A stretch of DNA of 64,000 nucleotides from Terriglobales bacterium (GTDB lineage Bacteria > Acidobacteriota > Terriglobia > Terriglobales > Acidobacteriaceae), in assembly GCA_035457425.1 (NCBI GenBank), contig DATIBR010000030.1, positions 15,991-79,990 on the forward strand. The letters are read 5' to 3'. Of this stretch, positions 8,811 through 17,162 are shown piece after piece. The translations under genes and the position numbers were made by a program. Positions within the stretch are counted from its first letter, which is position 1, and every line of letters starts with the position of its first letter. The notes under the pieces were generated by a model that did no database searches, was not told the origin of the DNA, and saw nothing but the letters and a program-made list of their open reading frames with translations.

Positions 8811-10597
8811 GTCGCCATGTCATACCGCCGTGGACGCGGCGGGAGGAGCGAAATATCTACCGGCTCGAACTCGAACTTGGGCTCATCGGCGTCGGGCGCG
8901 AAGGACGCCTTGGTCGTCTTGAGCCAGTTCTTGTCGTCGCGCTCGGGGAAATCGGGCTTGTAGTGCGCGCCGCGGGATTCGTCGCGCATCGCGGCCCCCT
9001 GCGCGATCACGCGCGAGAGCTGCAGCATGTTGTAGAGCTGGCGCGCGAAGACCACCGTGGTGTTGGCCCACATCGTGCGGTCGCTCAGGTTGATGTGGCG
9101 GAAGCGCTCCAGCAGCTCAACCAGCTTCTCGTCGGTCGCGCGGATGTTCTTGTTGTAGCGGATGACCGTGACGTTCTTGGTCATGATCTCACCCAGCTCG
9201 CGCCAGATGCGGAAGGGGTTCTCCGCGCCGTCGGACGACATGAGCCGCCCATTGATCTCTTCCTGCCGCCTCTTCTCGGCCTCGAAGACGGTGCTCGAGA
9301 CCTCGTCGTGCTTCCTCTTCAGGCCCTTGGCGTATTTCACCGCCTCGGGCCCGGAGACAAAGCCTCCCCAGATGCAGGAGACGAGCGAGTTCGCGCCCAG
9401 GCGATTGGCGCCGTGGTACTGGTACTCGCATTCGCCGGCGGAGAGGATGCCCGGGATGTTGGTGTGCTGTTTGAAGTCAACCCAGAGCCCGCCCATGGTG
9501 TAGTGCATGCCGGGGAAGATCTTCATGGGGACTTCGCGCGGGTCGTCGCCCACGAACTTCTCGTAGATCTCGAGGATGCCTTCCAGCTTCTTGTCCAGGA
9601 TGGCGCGGTCGATGTGCGTGAGGTCGAGGTAGACCATGGGCTGGCCGTCGACGCCGAGGTTGTGCTCGTAGACGACCTTGTGGATGGCGCGCGTGGCGAC
9701 GTCGCGCGGCACCAGGTTGCCGTACTTCGGATACCACTCCTCGAGGAAGTACCAGCGCTCGTTCGTCGGGATGGAGAGCGGCTCGCGCTTGTCGCCGGGA
9801 TTCTTCGGGACCCAGACGCGGCCGCCTTCGCCGCGGGCCGATTCCGACATCAGGCGCAGCTTGTCTTCGCCCGGGATCGAGGTCGGGTGCACCTGGATGA
9901 ACTCGCCGTTGGCGTAGTAGCAGCCCTGCTGGTAGAGCGCGGACTGCGCCGAGCCGGTGCACACGACCGAGTTGGTGGACTTGCCGAAGATGGCGCCGAT
10001 ACCGCCGGTGCAGATGATGATGGCGTCGGCGGGGAAGGTGCGCACCTCCATCGTGCGCAGGTCCATGGCGCAGATGCCGCGGCAGATCTTCTCTTCGTCG
10101 AGCACGGCGGAGAGGAACTCCCAGTGCTCGTACTTCTTCACCCGGCCTTCGGCCTCGTGACGGCGCACCTGCTCGTCGAGCGCGTAGAGCAGTTGCTGGC
10201 CGGTAGTGGCGCCGGCGAAGGCGGTGCGGTGATAGAGCGTGCCGCCAAAGCGGCGAAAGTCGAGCAGCCCCTCGGGAGTGCGGTTGAACGGGACGCCCAT
10301 GCGGTCGAGCAGGTCGATGATGCCGGGCGCGGCTTCGCACATCTCCTTCACCGGCGGTTGGTTGGCGAGGAAGTCGCCGCCGTAGATGGTGTCGTCGAAG
10401 TGCTTCCAGGTGGAATCGCCCTCGCCCTTCAGGTTCTTGGCGGCGTTGATGCCGCCCTGCGCGCACACCGAGTGCGACCGCTTGACGGGGACGATGGAGA
10501 AAAGGTCGACGTGTCCGCCGGCCTCGGCGATCTTGATGACGGCAGCCAGTCCCGCCAGGCCGCCTCCCACCACGATGACTTTCGGAGCAGTGGCCAT
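8807..10597 (-). CDS. sdhA: Succinate dehydrogenase/fumarate reductase flavoprotein subunit
   Basis: Start MATAPKVIVVGGGLAGLAA (FAD dinucleotide fold). Motifs RSHSVCAQGGINAA and HPTSIPGEDKLRLMSESARGEGGRVW. The upstream extension of the track ORF was rejected. Confidence 0.95.
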   Translation of the reverse strand: MATAPKVIVVGGGLAGLAAVIKIAEAGGHVDLFSIVPVKRSHSVCAQGGINAAKNLKGEGDSTWKHFDDTIYGGDFLANQPPVKEMCEAAPGIIDLLDRMGVPFNRTPEGLLDFRRFGGTLYHRTAFAGATTGQQLLYALDEQVRRHEAEGRVKKYEHWEFLSAVLDEEKICRGICAMDLRTMEVRTFPADAIIICTGGIGAIFGKSTNSVVCTGSAQSALYQQGCYYANGEFIQVHPTSIPGEDKLRLMSESARGEGGRVWVPKNPGDKREPLSIPTNERWYFLEEWYPKYGNLVPRDVATRAIHKVVYEHNLGVDGQPMVYLDLTHIDRAILDKKLEGILEIYEKFVGDDPREVPMKIFPGMHYTMGGLWVDFKQHTNIPGILSAGECEYQYHGANRLGANSLVSCIWGGFVSGPEAVKYAKGLKRKHDEVSSTVFEAEKRRQEEINGRLMSSDGAENPFRIWRELGEIMTKNVTVIRYNKNIRATDEKLVELLERFRHINLSDRTMWANTTVVFARQLYNMLQLSRVIAQGAAMRDESRGAHYKPDFPERDDKNWLKTTKASFAPDADEPKFEFEPVDISLLPPRPRRYDMAT

Positions 10598-10599
10598 AG

Positions 10600-11370
10600 T
10601 TATCTGTTGTCCACCGGTTTGGTGGGCGGAGCAGGTTCGGTGCGGAGCTGATCGGCGGATTCGTCGGCCGGCTGCATCGGCGTGACGCGGAAGGTGCGGA
10701 TGCTCGCGAGCCCGACGCCGGCGATCAGAAGAAACAGGCCCAGGCAGGGCACGAGCAGGCGGCGGCGCGCCTTCTCGCCGACGGCGATGCCCCACTTGGC
10801 GCAGAACAGCCAGATGCCGTAGGCGAAATGCCACGAGGCGGCGAGCAGCCCGACGATGTAGAACGCGAGCTGCCAGGCGATGACCAGCTCACCCTGCACC
10901 TTGCCGAACGATGCGCCGGGATGCGCGTGCAGGTCGATGCCGGCAAAGCGCAGGTGCCAGACGTGCCAGCCGATGTAGGCGAAGGCGATGGCGCCGGTCC
11001 AGCGCTGCAGGGTGTACATCCAGTTGCCCTGCCAGGGATAGTCGGCCACGTTGGTCTCGCCGCGGTACCAGATGTAGAAGCCGTACAAGCCATGGAAGGC
11101 GATGGGCAGCCAGATGCCGAAGGCCTCCAGCGCTAGAACCAGGGGCAGCGAGCCGAGGAACTTGACCTGGTTGGCGTACGCCTCGGGGCCATTCATGGCC
11201 ACCGCGTTCGAGTACAGGATGTGCTCGGCGAGGAAGGCGCCGACCGGCACGATGCCGCTGAGCGAATGCAACCGGCGGAGGAGAAAGGAGCGTCCCTGGC
11301 CGGCGCGGAGCGGCGCCACGCCGGGACGGATGCGGTGCGTCTCCGGCGCGGGGCTTACGGTGGATGCCAT
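10600..11370 (-). CDS. sdhC: Succinate dehydrogenase cytochrome b subunit (single large b558-type membrane anchor)
   Basis: Multi-helix hydrophobic protein with conserved His residues. Start chosen at MASTV because AAGGAGAG lies 3 nt upstream. Directly upstream of sdhA. Confidence 0.85.
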   Translation of the reverse strand: MASTVSPAPETHRIRPGVAPLRAGQGRSFLLRRLHSLSGIVPVGAFLAEHILYSNAVAMNGPEAYANQVKFLGSLPLVLALEAFGIWLPIAFHGLYGFYIWYRGETNVADYPWQGNWMYTLQRWTGAIAFAYIGWHVWHLRFAGIDLHAHPGASFGKVQGELVIAWQLAFYIVGLLAASWHFAYGIWLFCAKWGIAVGEKARRRLLVPCLGLFLLIAGVGLASIRTFRVTPMQPADESADQLRTEPAPPTKPVDNR

Positions 11371-11466
11371 TGCTCTCCTTTTGCGAGTGGCGCGGATGAG
11401 CGAACCTTGCATTATCGAAGCTACGTGAGCGACCCGTCAAGAAAGCGTTTTCGCAGCGCGTCCGGC

Positions 11467-11494
11467 TTGTCTAGCCGAAGCGGCTGGTTATAAT
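11467..11494 (+). promoter_or_regulatory. Candidate sigma-70 promoter for the GAF gene
   Basis: TTGTCT, a 16-nt spacer, then TATAAT (11489-11494), about 34 nt upstream of the ATG. Confidence 0.35.
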
Positions 11495-11527
11495 GACCGG
11501 CGCACGCCCCGAGAGCAGGAGTCCCTG

Positions 11528-12067
11528 ATGGCCACACCGGTATTGGCTTTCACGCAGCTCGCCAACGAATGCGAGGCGGAGGGCCTCGCGCACAAGAACG
11601 CGGAGAAGATCGGCGCCGAGCTGGCAAAGACCTTCCAGGTGCAGCCCGACGAGGTCGCCGTCCTCAAGGTCGACAAGTTGACGCTGCAGTTCGCGTATCC
11701 GACCAAGCTGGGACACATCGGGACGATCCCCATCAACGCGTCGTCGTCGGTGGCGGGGCGCACCGCGACCACCAAGCGCGCCGAGATCATCAACAACTTC
11801 GCGCAGACCAAGCACGCCAGCGTCTTCGAGTCGGTGGACCTGGGTCAGAAGCCGAAGGGCGGCATCCCGGGCGAGAAGGTGGACAAGCACACCCACGTCA
11901 TCCAGAAGCTGATGTCGGCGCCGGTTGTGACACCGGCGGGCGTGGTGGGCGTGATCCAGATCTCGCGTAAGGGGACCAGCGCGCCGGCGGCCGGAGCGGA
12001 TTTCACGCCCGCGGACCTGCAGAAGCTGGTGACGATCGCGACCTCGCTGGGAAAAGTCTTCAAGTAG
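11528..12067 (+). CDS. Stand-alone GAF domain protein
   Basis: Single-domain, roughly 180-aa protein with a GAF-like pattern (SSVAGRTATTKRAEIINNF, VIQISRKG). Assigned by resemblance only. Confidence 0.7.
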   Translation: MATPVLAFTQLANECEAEGLAHKNAEKIGAELAKTFQVQPDEVAVLKVDKLTLQFAYPTKLGHIGTIPINASSSVAGRTATTKRAEIINNFAQTKHASVFESVDLGQKPKGGIPGEKVDKHTHVIQKLMSAPVVTPAGVVGVIQISRKGTSAPAAGADFTPADLQKLVTIATSLGKVFK

Positions 12068-12068
12068 C

Positions 12069-12707
12069 TCAGACGTCCGCCGGATGCCGGCGGCGATACC
12101 AATCGAGAAATCGAGCGAAGGCACGGCCGCGGTGCGAGACCGCGGCCTTTTCTTCCGGCGCCAGCTCGGCGAAGGTCTTCTTCAGCCGCTCGAAGAAGAA
12201 CAGCGGATCGTAGCCGAATCCGCGAGTCCCGCGCGCCTCGTGCAAGATGTGACCTTCCGCTTCGCCACGGAACGTGGCGAGCGTGCGGCCGTCCTGGGCG
12301 ACGGCGAGCACGCAGACGAAGCGCGCCGCGCGCTTCTCGTCGGGGACGGCAGCGAGCTCGCGCAGCAGCCGCGCGTTGTTGTCGGCATCGGGGGAATTCG
12401 ACGTGGCGCGGGGATCGTGCTCGCGCGCGGCGTAGAGCGCGGAGTGCACGCCGGGGGCACCGTCGAGCGCGGCCACTTCCAGGCCGGAGTCGTCCGCCAG
12501 CACGAGAGCGCCGGGAGCGCTGCGGCTATAGGCCTCCGCCTTCTTGCGGGCGTTCTCCTCGAACGTCGGGCCGTCTTCCACGACGGGCGGCAGTTGCGCG
12601 AAGCCCGGCAGCGCTGCGATCTCGATGCCGTACATCGCGGCAGCGCCCGCGAAATCGCGTACCTTGCCGGGATTGGACGTCGCCAGATAGATGGGCTGCG
12701 CGGGCAT
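12069..12707 (-). CDS. rdgB: Non-canonical purine NTP pyrophosphatase (dITP/XTP pyrophosphatase, RdgB/HAM1 family)
   Basis: Motifs ATSNPGKVRDF, EENARKKA, DDSGLEVAALDGAPGVHSA, RGTRGFGYDPLF, SHRGRA. Internal start MPAQPIY chosen. Confidence 0.9.
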   Translation of the reverse strand: MPAQPIYLATSNPGKVRDFAGAAAMYGIEIAALPGFAQLPPVVEDGPTFEENARKKAEAYSRSAPGALVLADDSGLEVAALDGAPGVHSALYAAREHDPRATSNSPDADNNARLLRELAAVPDEKRAARFVCVLAVAQDGRTLATFRGEAEGHILHEARGTRGFGYDPLFFFERLKKTFAELAPEEKAAVSHRGRAFARFLDWYRRRHPADV

Positions 12708-12708
12708 G

Positions 12709-12858
12709 CTATTCGAACCAGCCGCTGCGGTAGGCGAACCACCAGCTTCCGAGCGCGATCGGGATGGTTGCAAGCAATCCCCAGAGCAAGGGGAGCGCAA
12801 CGTCGGCGATGAGGGAGAGAAGGATGAACGTGACCCAGAAGATGCGCTTTTGCATCAT
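12709..12858 (-). CDS. Possible 49-aa membrane microprotein between the Kef-type antiporter and rdgB
   Basis: Hand translation gives MMQKRIFWVTFILLSLIADVALPLLWGLLATIPIALGSWWFAYRSGWFE. Its ATG overlaps the antiporter TGA (ATGA), and its stop lies 1 nt before the rdgB ATG. Confidence 0.4.
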   Translation of the reverse strand: MMQKRIFWVTFILLSLIADVALPLLWGLLATIPIALGSWWFAYRSGWFE

Positions 12859-14555
12859 GCGTTCCCGGGCGCGGCGTGCTTGCGCATCGCGGCGAGATAG
12901 GCCGAGGTCTTCTGCTCGGGCTGTTTGAGGAGCTGGAGGGCGTCGCGCACCAGGGTAGCGGCGGCTTCCATCTCGGGCTGCACGACGATGGTCGCGCCGG
13001 CGTCGAGCAGGAAAGCGTAGTCGCGCTGGCGGTGGGCGCGCGCCAGCACGGGCACCGCGGGCGCCAGCTTGCGGACCTGGCGCAGGATGGCCTCGGCACG
13101 GCTGGGCTGCGGCAGTGTGATCACGACGGCGGCGGCGTGGTCGGCGCGCGCGTGCTCCAGGATGCGGGCCTGCGCGGCGTCACCGAAGACGCAGGGCACG
13201 CCGCGCTTGCGGAGCGACCGGATGTGGTCGGGGTCGAGGTCGATGACCGCGTATGCGATGCCGAATTGTTCAAAGGCCTGTGCCGCCATCTGTCCGATCT
13301 CGCTGTAGCCGCACAGCACGACGTGGCCGTGCAGCTTGCCCGCGTCGGGCACGGCGACCTCGATGGGAGTGGCGTGTTTGCGCGTGCGCAGCCGCGCGGC
13401 CCAGTCGGGCGCGTACCTTACCAGCGCCGCGTTCACGACGATGGAGACCAGCGAGGCGGCAAGCGTCGCGTTGTAGACGTCGTCGCCCACCACGCCGGCG
13501 CCTCGCGCCACCTGCACCAGTACGTAGGAGAACTCGCCGATCTGCGTGAGCCCGATGGCGACCATCAGGGCCGTCCAGATGGGATAGCGGAAGAGCCGGA
13601 CGACGACCAGCCAGAGCAGGAACTTCCCGACGAGCACCAGGCCGATCATCGCGGCGACCATCTTCAGCATGTCGGGACTGGAGAACACGGACTGCGGGTC
13701 CATCAGCAGCCCGATGGTGACGAAGAAGAGGGCGACGAACATGTCGCGCAAGGGGAACAGCTGCGTCAGGCTCTGGTGCGCGTACTCCGAGCTCGAGATG
13801 AGCAGGCCACCGACGAACGCGCCCAGCGCGAGCGACAGGCCGACCGCCTGTGTGAGCGCTGCCGCGCCCAGGCAGATGGCGATCACGACCACGAAGAACA
13901 GCTCCTGGTCGTGGGTGCGCGCGACACGCCGCATCAGCGGAGGCACGACTTTCGCGGCGAGAAAGAATGCCGGGACAAGGATGAGGGCGGCTTTCCCGAA
14001 CGCGAGGCCCAAGGCCTCAAAGGCGTGCGTGTCGAGTTCCTTGAAGCTGGGCACGAGCACGATGAGGACTACGGCTGCCAGGTCTTCGACGAGTGTGATG
14101 GCGACGGTGATGCGGCCGTGCTCGGTCTGGACCTCGCCGCGGTCCATGAGCAGCCGCATCAGCACCATGGTGCTGGTGATGGAGATGACCGCGCCGATGA
14201 CCAGGCCGGAAGAAAGCGGCCAGCCCAGCAGGCGCGCCGTGCCGGCGCCCATCAGGACGGCGAGCAGGATGCCGACGGGCGCGCCGGCGATGGCGACCCA
14301 CTTCACCTTCATCAGCTCTTCGATCGAGAATTCCAGGCCGACGGAGAACATGAGGAAGATGACGCCGAGCTCGGCGAAGGTCTCGAGCGCGCGCGTGTCG
14401 TGGACGGAGGGTCCGGGCGTCAGTGGGCTGAGTGCGATGCCCGCCAGCACGTAGCCGAGGATGAGCGGTTGCCGAAGCCGCCACGCCAGCATGCCGCCGA
14501 CAATGGCCGCGACGAAGACGTAGGCGAGGTCCCGATAGAGGTAGGTGTGCTCCAT
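12855..14555 (-). CDS. Monovalent cation:proton antiporter-2 (Kef-type) with C-terminal RCK/TrkA-N domain
   Basis: About 12 hydrophobic helices followed by HVVLCGYSEIGQMAAQAF, a Rossmann-like RCK domain. Start at MEHTYLY. Confidence 0.9.
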   Translation of the reverse strand: MEHTYLYRDLAYVFVAAIVGGMLAWRLRQPLILGYVLAGIALSPLTPGPSVHDTRALETFAELGVIFLMFSVGLEFSIEELMKVKWVAIAGAPVGILLAVLMGAGTARLLGWPLSSGLVIGAVISITSTMVLMRLLMDRGEVQTEHGRITVAITLVEDLAAVVLIVLVPSFKELDTHAFEALGLAFGKAALILVPAFFLAAKVVPPLMRRVARTHDQELFFVVVIAICLGAAALTQAVGLSLALGAFVGGLLISSSEYAHQSLTQLFPLRDMFVALFFVTIGLLMDPQSVFSSPDMLKMVAAMIGLVLVGKFLLWLVVVRLFRYPIWTALMVAIGLTQIGEFSYVLVQVARGAGVVGDDVYNATLAASLVSIVVNAALVRYAPDWAARLRTRKHATPIEVAVPDAGKLHGHVVLCGYSEIGQMAAQAFEQFGIAYAVIDLDPDHIRSLRKRGVPCVFGDAAQARILEHARADHAAAVVITLPQPSRAEAILRQVRKLAPAVPVLARAHRQRDYAFLLDAGATIVVQPEMEAAATLVRDALQLLKQPEQKTSAYLAAMRKHAAPGNA

Positions 14556-14652
14556 GCGGCGGAGAAGGCAATCTATCGGGGAAGGGCCGCAGCGGTCAAC
14601 GAAACGATTGCGAGTCGCGCCGCCGTGTGAGACCCTGCCGCCACACTCGCTC

Positions 14653-15786
14653 ATGCCCGGACCCCAACAACGGCTTGCCTACATCGACTGGATGCGCGGG
14701 CTGGCGTGCGTCCTGATGTTCCAGACGCATTGCTACGACGCGTGGCTCTCGCCCGCGGCGCGCAAGTCCACGTTCTTCATGTACTCGCAGCTGCTGGGCA
14801 CGTTCCCGGCGCCGCTCTTCCTTTTCCTCGCGGGTATCTCGTTTGCCCTGGTGACCGACCGCATGCGCGCGAAGGGCGCGACCGCGAACGAGGTGGCGAA
14901 GGCGACCATCCGGCGCGGGGCGGAGATCTACGCGCTGGGCCTCGCGTTCCGCGCGCAGGAGTACCTGATCGCCTTTCCGTGGGCGCCCTGGACCGACCTG
15001 CTGCGCATGGACGTGCTCAACTGCATCGGGCTCTCGATGATGCTGATGGGTGTCGTGTGCCGGATGACCGCTGCGCCAGGAGTAGCGAGCGCTCGCACAC
15101 GCGGCGTTGTCGGCGGCGCTGTCGTGGCGCTGGCGGTGGCGATGGCCTCGCCGCTGGTGTGGACCACGTTCCGCCCGAGTTGGCTGCCGTGGCCGCTGGA
15201 GACCGTGCTCGACGGTGTGCATGACCTGGGAGCGCCGCAGGCATGGCTGTTTCCGGTATTCCCGTGGAGCGCGTTCGCGTTCGCGGGACTGGCGGTGGGG
15301 TTCGTCCTGATGGGGGACCGCGCGAAGCAGCGCCTCGGCGTGGTGCTGGCTGGAGTCGCCGCTACCGGGGTGGCGATCTTCTTGGTCGCGCGCTGGCTCG
15401 ATCGCTCTCCGTGGCAGCTCTATGCCGTCTACGACTTCTGGCACACCAGCCCGAACTTCTTCCTGATGCGGCTGGGGATGCTGATGGTGATCCTGCTCGC
15501 GTGCTACGTGTGGTGCCGCTGGGGAGCGGGGCAGTGGGGCTTCAGCCCCGTCGCGCAGCTCGGGCAGACCTCGCTGCTGGTCTACTGGGTGCACATCGAG
15601 TTCGTCTATGGACGGTTCTCGATCATGAAGAAGGGCGAGCAGACGCTCGCCGGGGCGTCGCTCGGCCTGGCGACCATCACGCTGGCAATGTTGGTGCTCT
15701 CGTTGCTGCGGACGCGGATGACGGAGAAGAAGATAAGCCTGCCGGGTCTCTTCCGCCGGAAGGCCGCGTCGGCCGGGGCGGTATGA
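14653..15786 (+). CDS. DUF1624/heparan-alpha-glucosaminide N-acetyltransferase-like integral membrane acyltransferase
   Basis: N-terminal RLAYIDWMRGLACVLMFQTHCYD signature followed by about 9 helices. Confidence 0.7.
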   Translation: MPGPQQRLAYIDWMRGLACVLMFQTHCYDAWLSPAARKSTFFMYSQLLGTFPAPLFLFLAGISFALVTDRMRAKGATANEVAKATIRRGAEIYALGLAFRAQEYLIAFPWAPWTDLLRMDVLNCIGLSMMLMGVVCRMTAAPGVASARTRGVVGGAVVALAVAMASPLVWTTFRPSWLPWPLETVLDGVHDLGAPQAWLFPVFPWSAFAFAGLAVGFVLMGDRAKQRLGVVLAGVAATGVAIFLVARWLDRSPWQLYAVYDFWHTSPNFFLMRLGMLMVILLACYVWCRWGAGQWGFSPVAQLGQTSLLVYWVHIEFVYGRFSIMKKGEQTLAGASLGLATITLAMLVLSLLRTRMTEKKISLPGLFRRKAASAGAV

Positions 15787-15893
15787 TGCAGGTCGCGGTG
15801 CGGCGCGCGCAGGCAAGCGATGCGCCCGCCATCCTGCACTGCCTGGCGGTGGCGTTCGGGATGCCGCTCTACCAGTACGTCAAAGAGCTGTAG
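15783..15893 (+). pseudogene. 36-codon remnant resembling a GNAT acetyltransferase N-terminus
   Basis: MMQVAVRRAQASDAPAILHCLAVAFGMPLYQYVKEL then stop. The ATG overlaps the preceding TGA. The ORF ends exactly where a convergent gene ends (TAG then CTA). Confidence 0.3.
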
Positions 15894-16286
15894 CTACGCG
15901 TTGGGATCGGGGACCATGGTCTTCAAGTGCCGCGCCAGGGAACGGACCTCGCGGGCCAGATCGCGGATGTTGGGAGTCTCGAGTTCCAGGTCGCATGCCT
16001 CGGCGTCGATCACCAGTTCGTGGATGACCTGCGAGGCGACGCGCACGCGCTCGGCGACGAAGACGTTGACCAGTGCGAAGGGGTCTTGCTTCCGGTCGCG
16101 GCGCTCGATCCACTGTTGTACCGCCCAAGTGGTGTGCCGGATGTGGTTCACGGCCTCGCGAAACTCCAGCAGGACGCGAGGGTCAATGTCGCCGCGGCTC
16201 ATGGCGGCCTCAAGATCTTTCAGGTCAGCGCTGGTGCGCTGCAAGCGGGCCGAAATGCCGTCCGGTGGGACACCCTGTGTTGACAT
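15894..16286 (-). CDS. Hypothetical protein (about 130 aa), no recognisable domain
   Basis: Natural amino-acid composition. AGGAG lies 8 nt upstream of the MSTQGVPP start. The track ORF extends to 16325. Confidence 0.55.
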   Translation of the reverse strand: MSTQGVPPDGISARLQRTSADLKDLEAAMSRGDIDPRVLLEFREAVNHIRHTTWAVQQWIERRDRKQDPFALVNVFVAERVRVASQVIHELVIDAEACDLELETPNIRDLAREVRSLARHLKTMVPDPNA

Positions 16287-16424
16287 CCTCACACTCCTGG
16301 GAGACAGATTGAGCGGATGGTACACCGGACGGTGGACCGCGCAAGCGGGTTTTCGCGAGCAGAAGTAACCGGGGTAACGGTACGAGGGTCACGGGCTCGG
16401 AAGGCGCCGGAAGGCGGAAGGAAG

Positions 16425-16500
16425 TGGCGCGCCCAAGAGGAGTCGAACCTCTAACCTTTCGGTTCGTAGCCGAATGCTCTATCCATTGAGCTATGGGCGC
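16425..16500 (-). tRNA. tRNA-Arg (anticodon ACG)
   Basis: Manual cloverleaf: GCGCCCA acceptor, GCTC/GAGC D stem, TTCGG-CTACGAA-CCGAA anticodon arm, AGAGG-TTCGACT-CCTCT T arm, encoded CCA. 76 nt. Confidence 0.9.
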
Positions 16501-16592
16501 GCGGAGTAAAACGCGGCGGGTGTATCCAGTCTAACAAAGGTCGAGGGAACTGGCGAGGGCGGGAAGCCGCCAGCGGACGACGGATTGTGGCC

Positions 16593-16654
16593 AAAAAATG
16601 TAAAACGGACGCTCCAGAAAACCTCTGGCCGAAGTTATCTTCAAGAGCGTCCGT
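16593..16654 (-). terminator. Intrinsic terminator-like structure (second of two in tandem)
   Basis: On the minus strand, ACGGACGCTC pairs with GAGCGTCCGT (10-bp stem, inner CCAGA/TCTGG hairpin), followed by TTTTACATTTTTTGG. Confidence 0.5.
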
Positions 16655-16742
16655 CTTACGCGCCACTTCGTCTGGCGGGGAGTAGAGCATTCGCGATGCC
16701 AGCCGTGGCTGATTGAAAACAAGGGACTTACGGGAAGCAGGG

Positions 16743-16769
16743 AAAAAGGTGCAGGAAGGAATTTCCTGC
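16743..16769 (-). terminator. Intrinsic terminator of the 75-aa HMA-like gene
   Basis: GCAGGAA-ATTCC-TTCCTGC hairpin followed by ACCTTTTTCC on the minus strand. Confidence 0.55.
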
Positions 16770-16809
16770 CGCAAGAAACTTTTACTTCCGTGACCCTGAA
16801 GGAGGCGGC

Positions 16810-17037
16810 TCAGACGAGCTGCACTTTTTCCCGTAGATCGAGGCCGGCTCCCCGCAGCAGCGACGCGACCGCGGCGTCGTTGAGGCGAGTGGCGTCGTAT
16901 TCCACGGTGACCGTGCGAGCCTGCTCGTTGAAGCCGAGGCGGCGGATGCCGTAGACCTCGCGCACCGAGTTGATTGCGCGGAGCTCGCGCTCCCCGGGCG
17001 CGGTCCCGTAGCGGAAGCAGACGTCTAAAGCAGTCAT
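16810..17037 (-). CDS. Small HMA-fold-like protein lacking the CxxC metal site (75 aa)
   Basis: GIRRLGFNEQARTVTVEYDATRLNDAAVASLLRGAGLDL matches the C-terminal two-thirds of a heavy-metal-associated domain. The position of GMTCxxC reads YGTAPGER. Divergent from csoR-copA. Confidence 0.55.
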   Translation of the reverse strand: MTALDVCFRYGTAPGERELRAINSVREVYGIRRLGFNEQARTVTVEYDATRLNDAAVASLLRGAGLDLREKVQLV

Positions 17038-17127
17038 GGATCCTCGGTCTTCATGCAGCCGCCCAACTATAAATCTTCAACGCCGCCGGAGGAAATGAAT
17101 CGTCCGAGCCCGGGCCGGCATCCAAGC

Positions 17128-17156
17128 TTGACATATACCCCCATGGGGTATATACG
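17128..17156 (+). promoter_or_regulatory. csoR-copA promoter overlapped by a CsoR-type operator
   Basis: TTGACA at 17128-17133. Inverted repeat ATATACCCC-CAT-GGGGTATAT at 17133-17153 contains TATATA/TATACG -10 candidates. The ATG is only about 7-10 nt downstream. Confidence 0.55.
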
Positions 17157-17162
17157 GGATCC

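Noticed and set aside
8792-10651. 619-aa ORF on the plus strand.
   Set aside because: It lies antisense to sdhA and is a shadow ORF. The same reasoning applies to 685-1632(-), 1629-2816(-), 3105-4043(-), 12876-14630(+), 34221-35597(-), 39283-40548(-), 44534-45895(-) and 50229-51287(+).
16451-16774. 107-aa and 63-aa ORFs overlapping tRNA-Arg and the adjacent non-coding region.
   Set aside because: They overlap a clear tRNA gene and terminator hairpins, and their composition and context are implausible for a protein.
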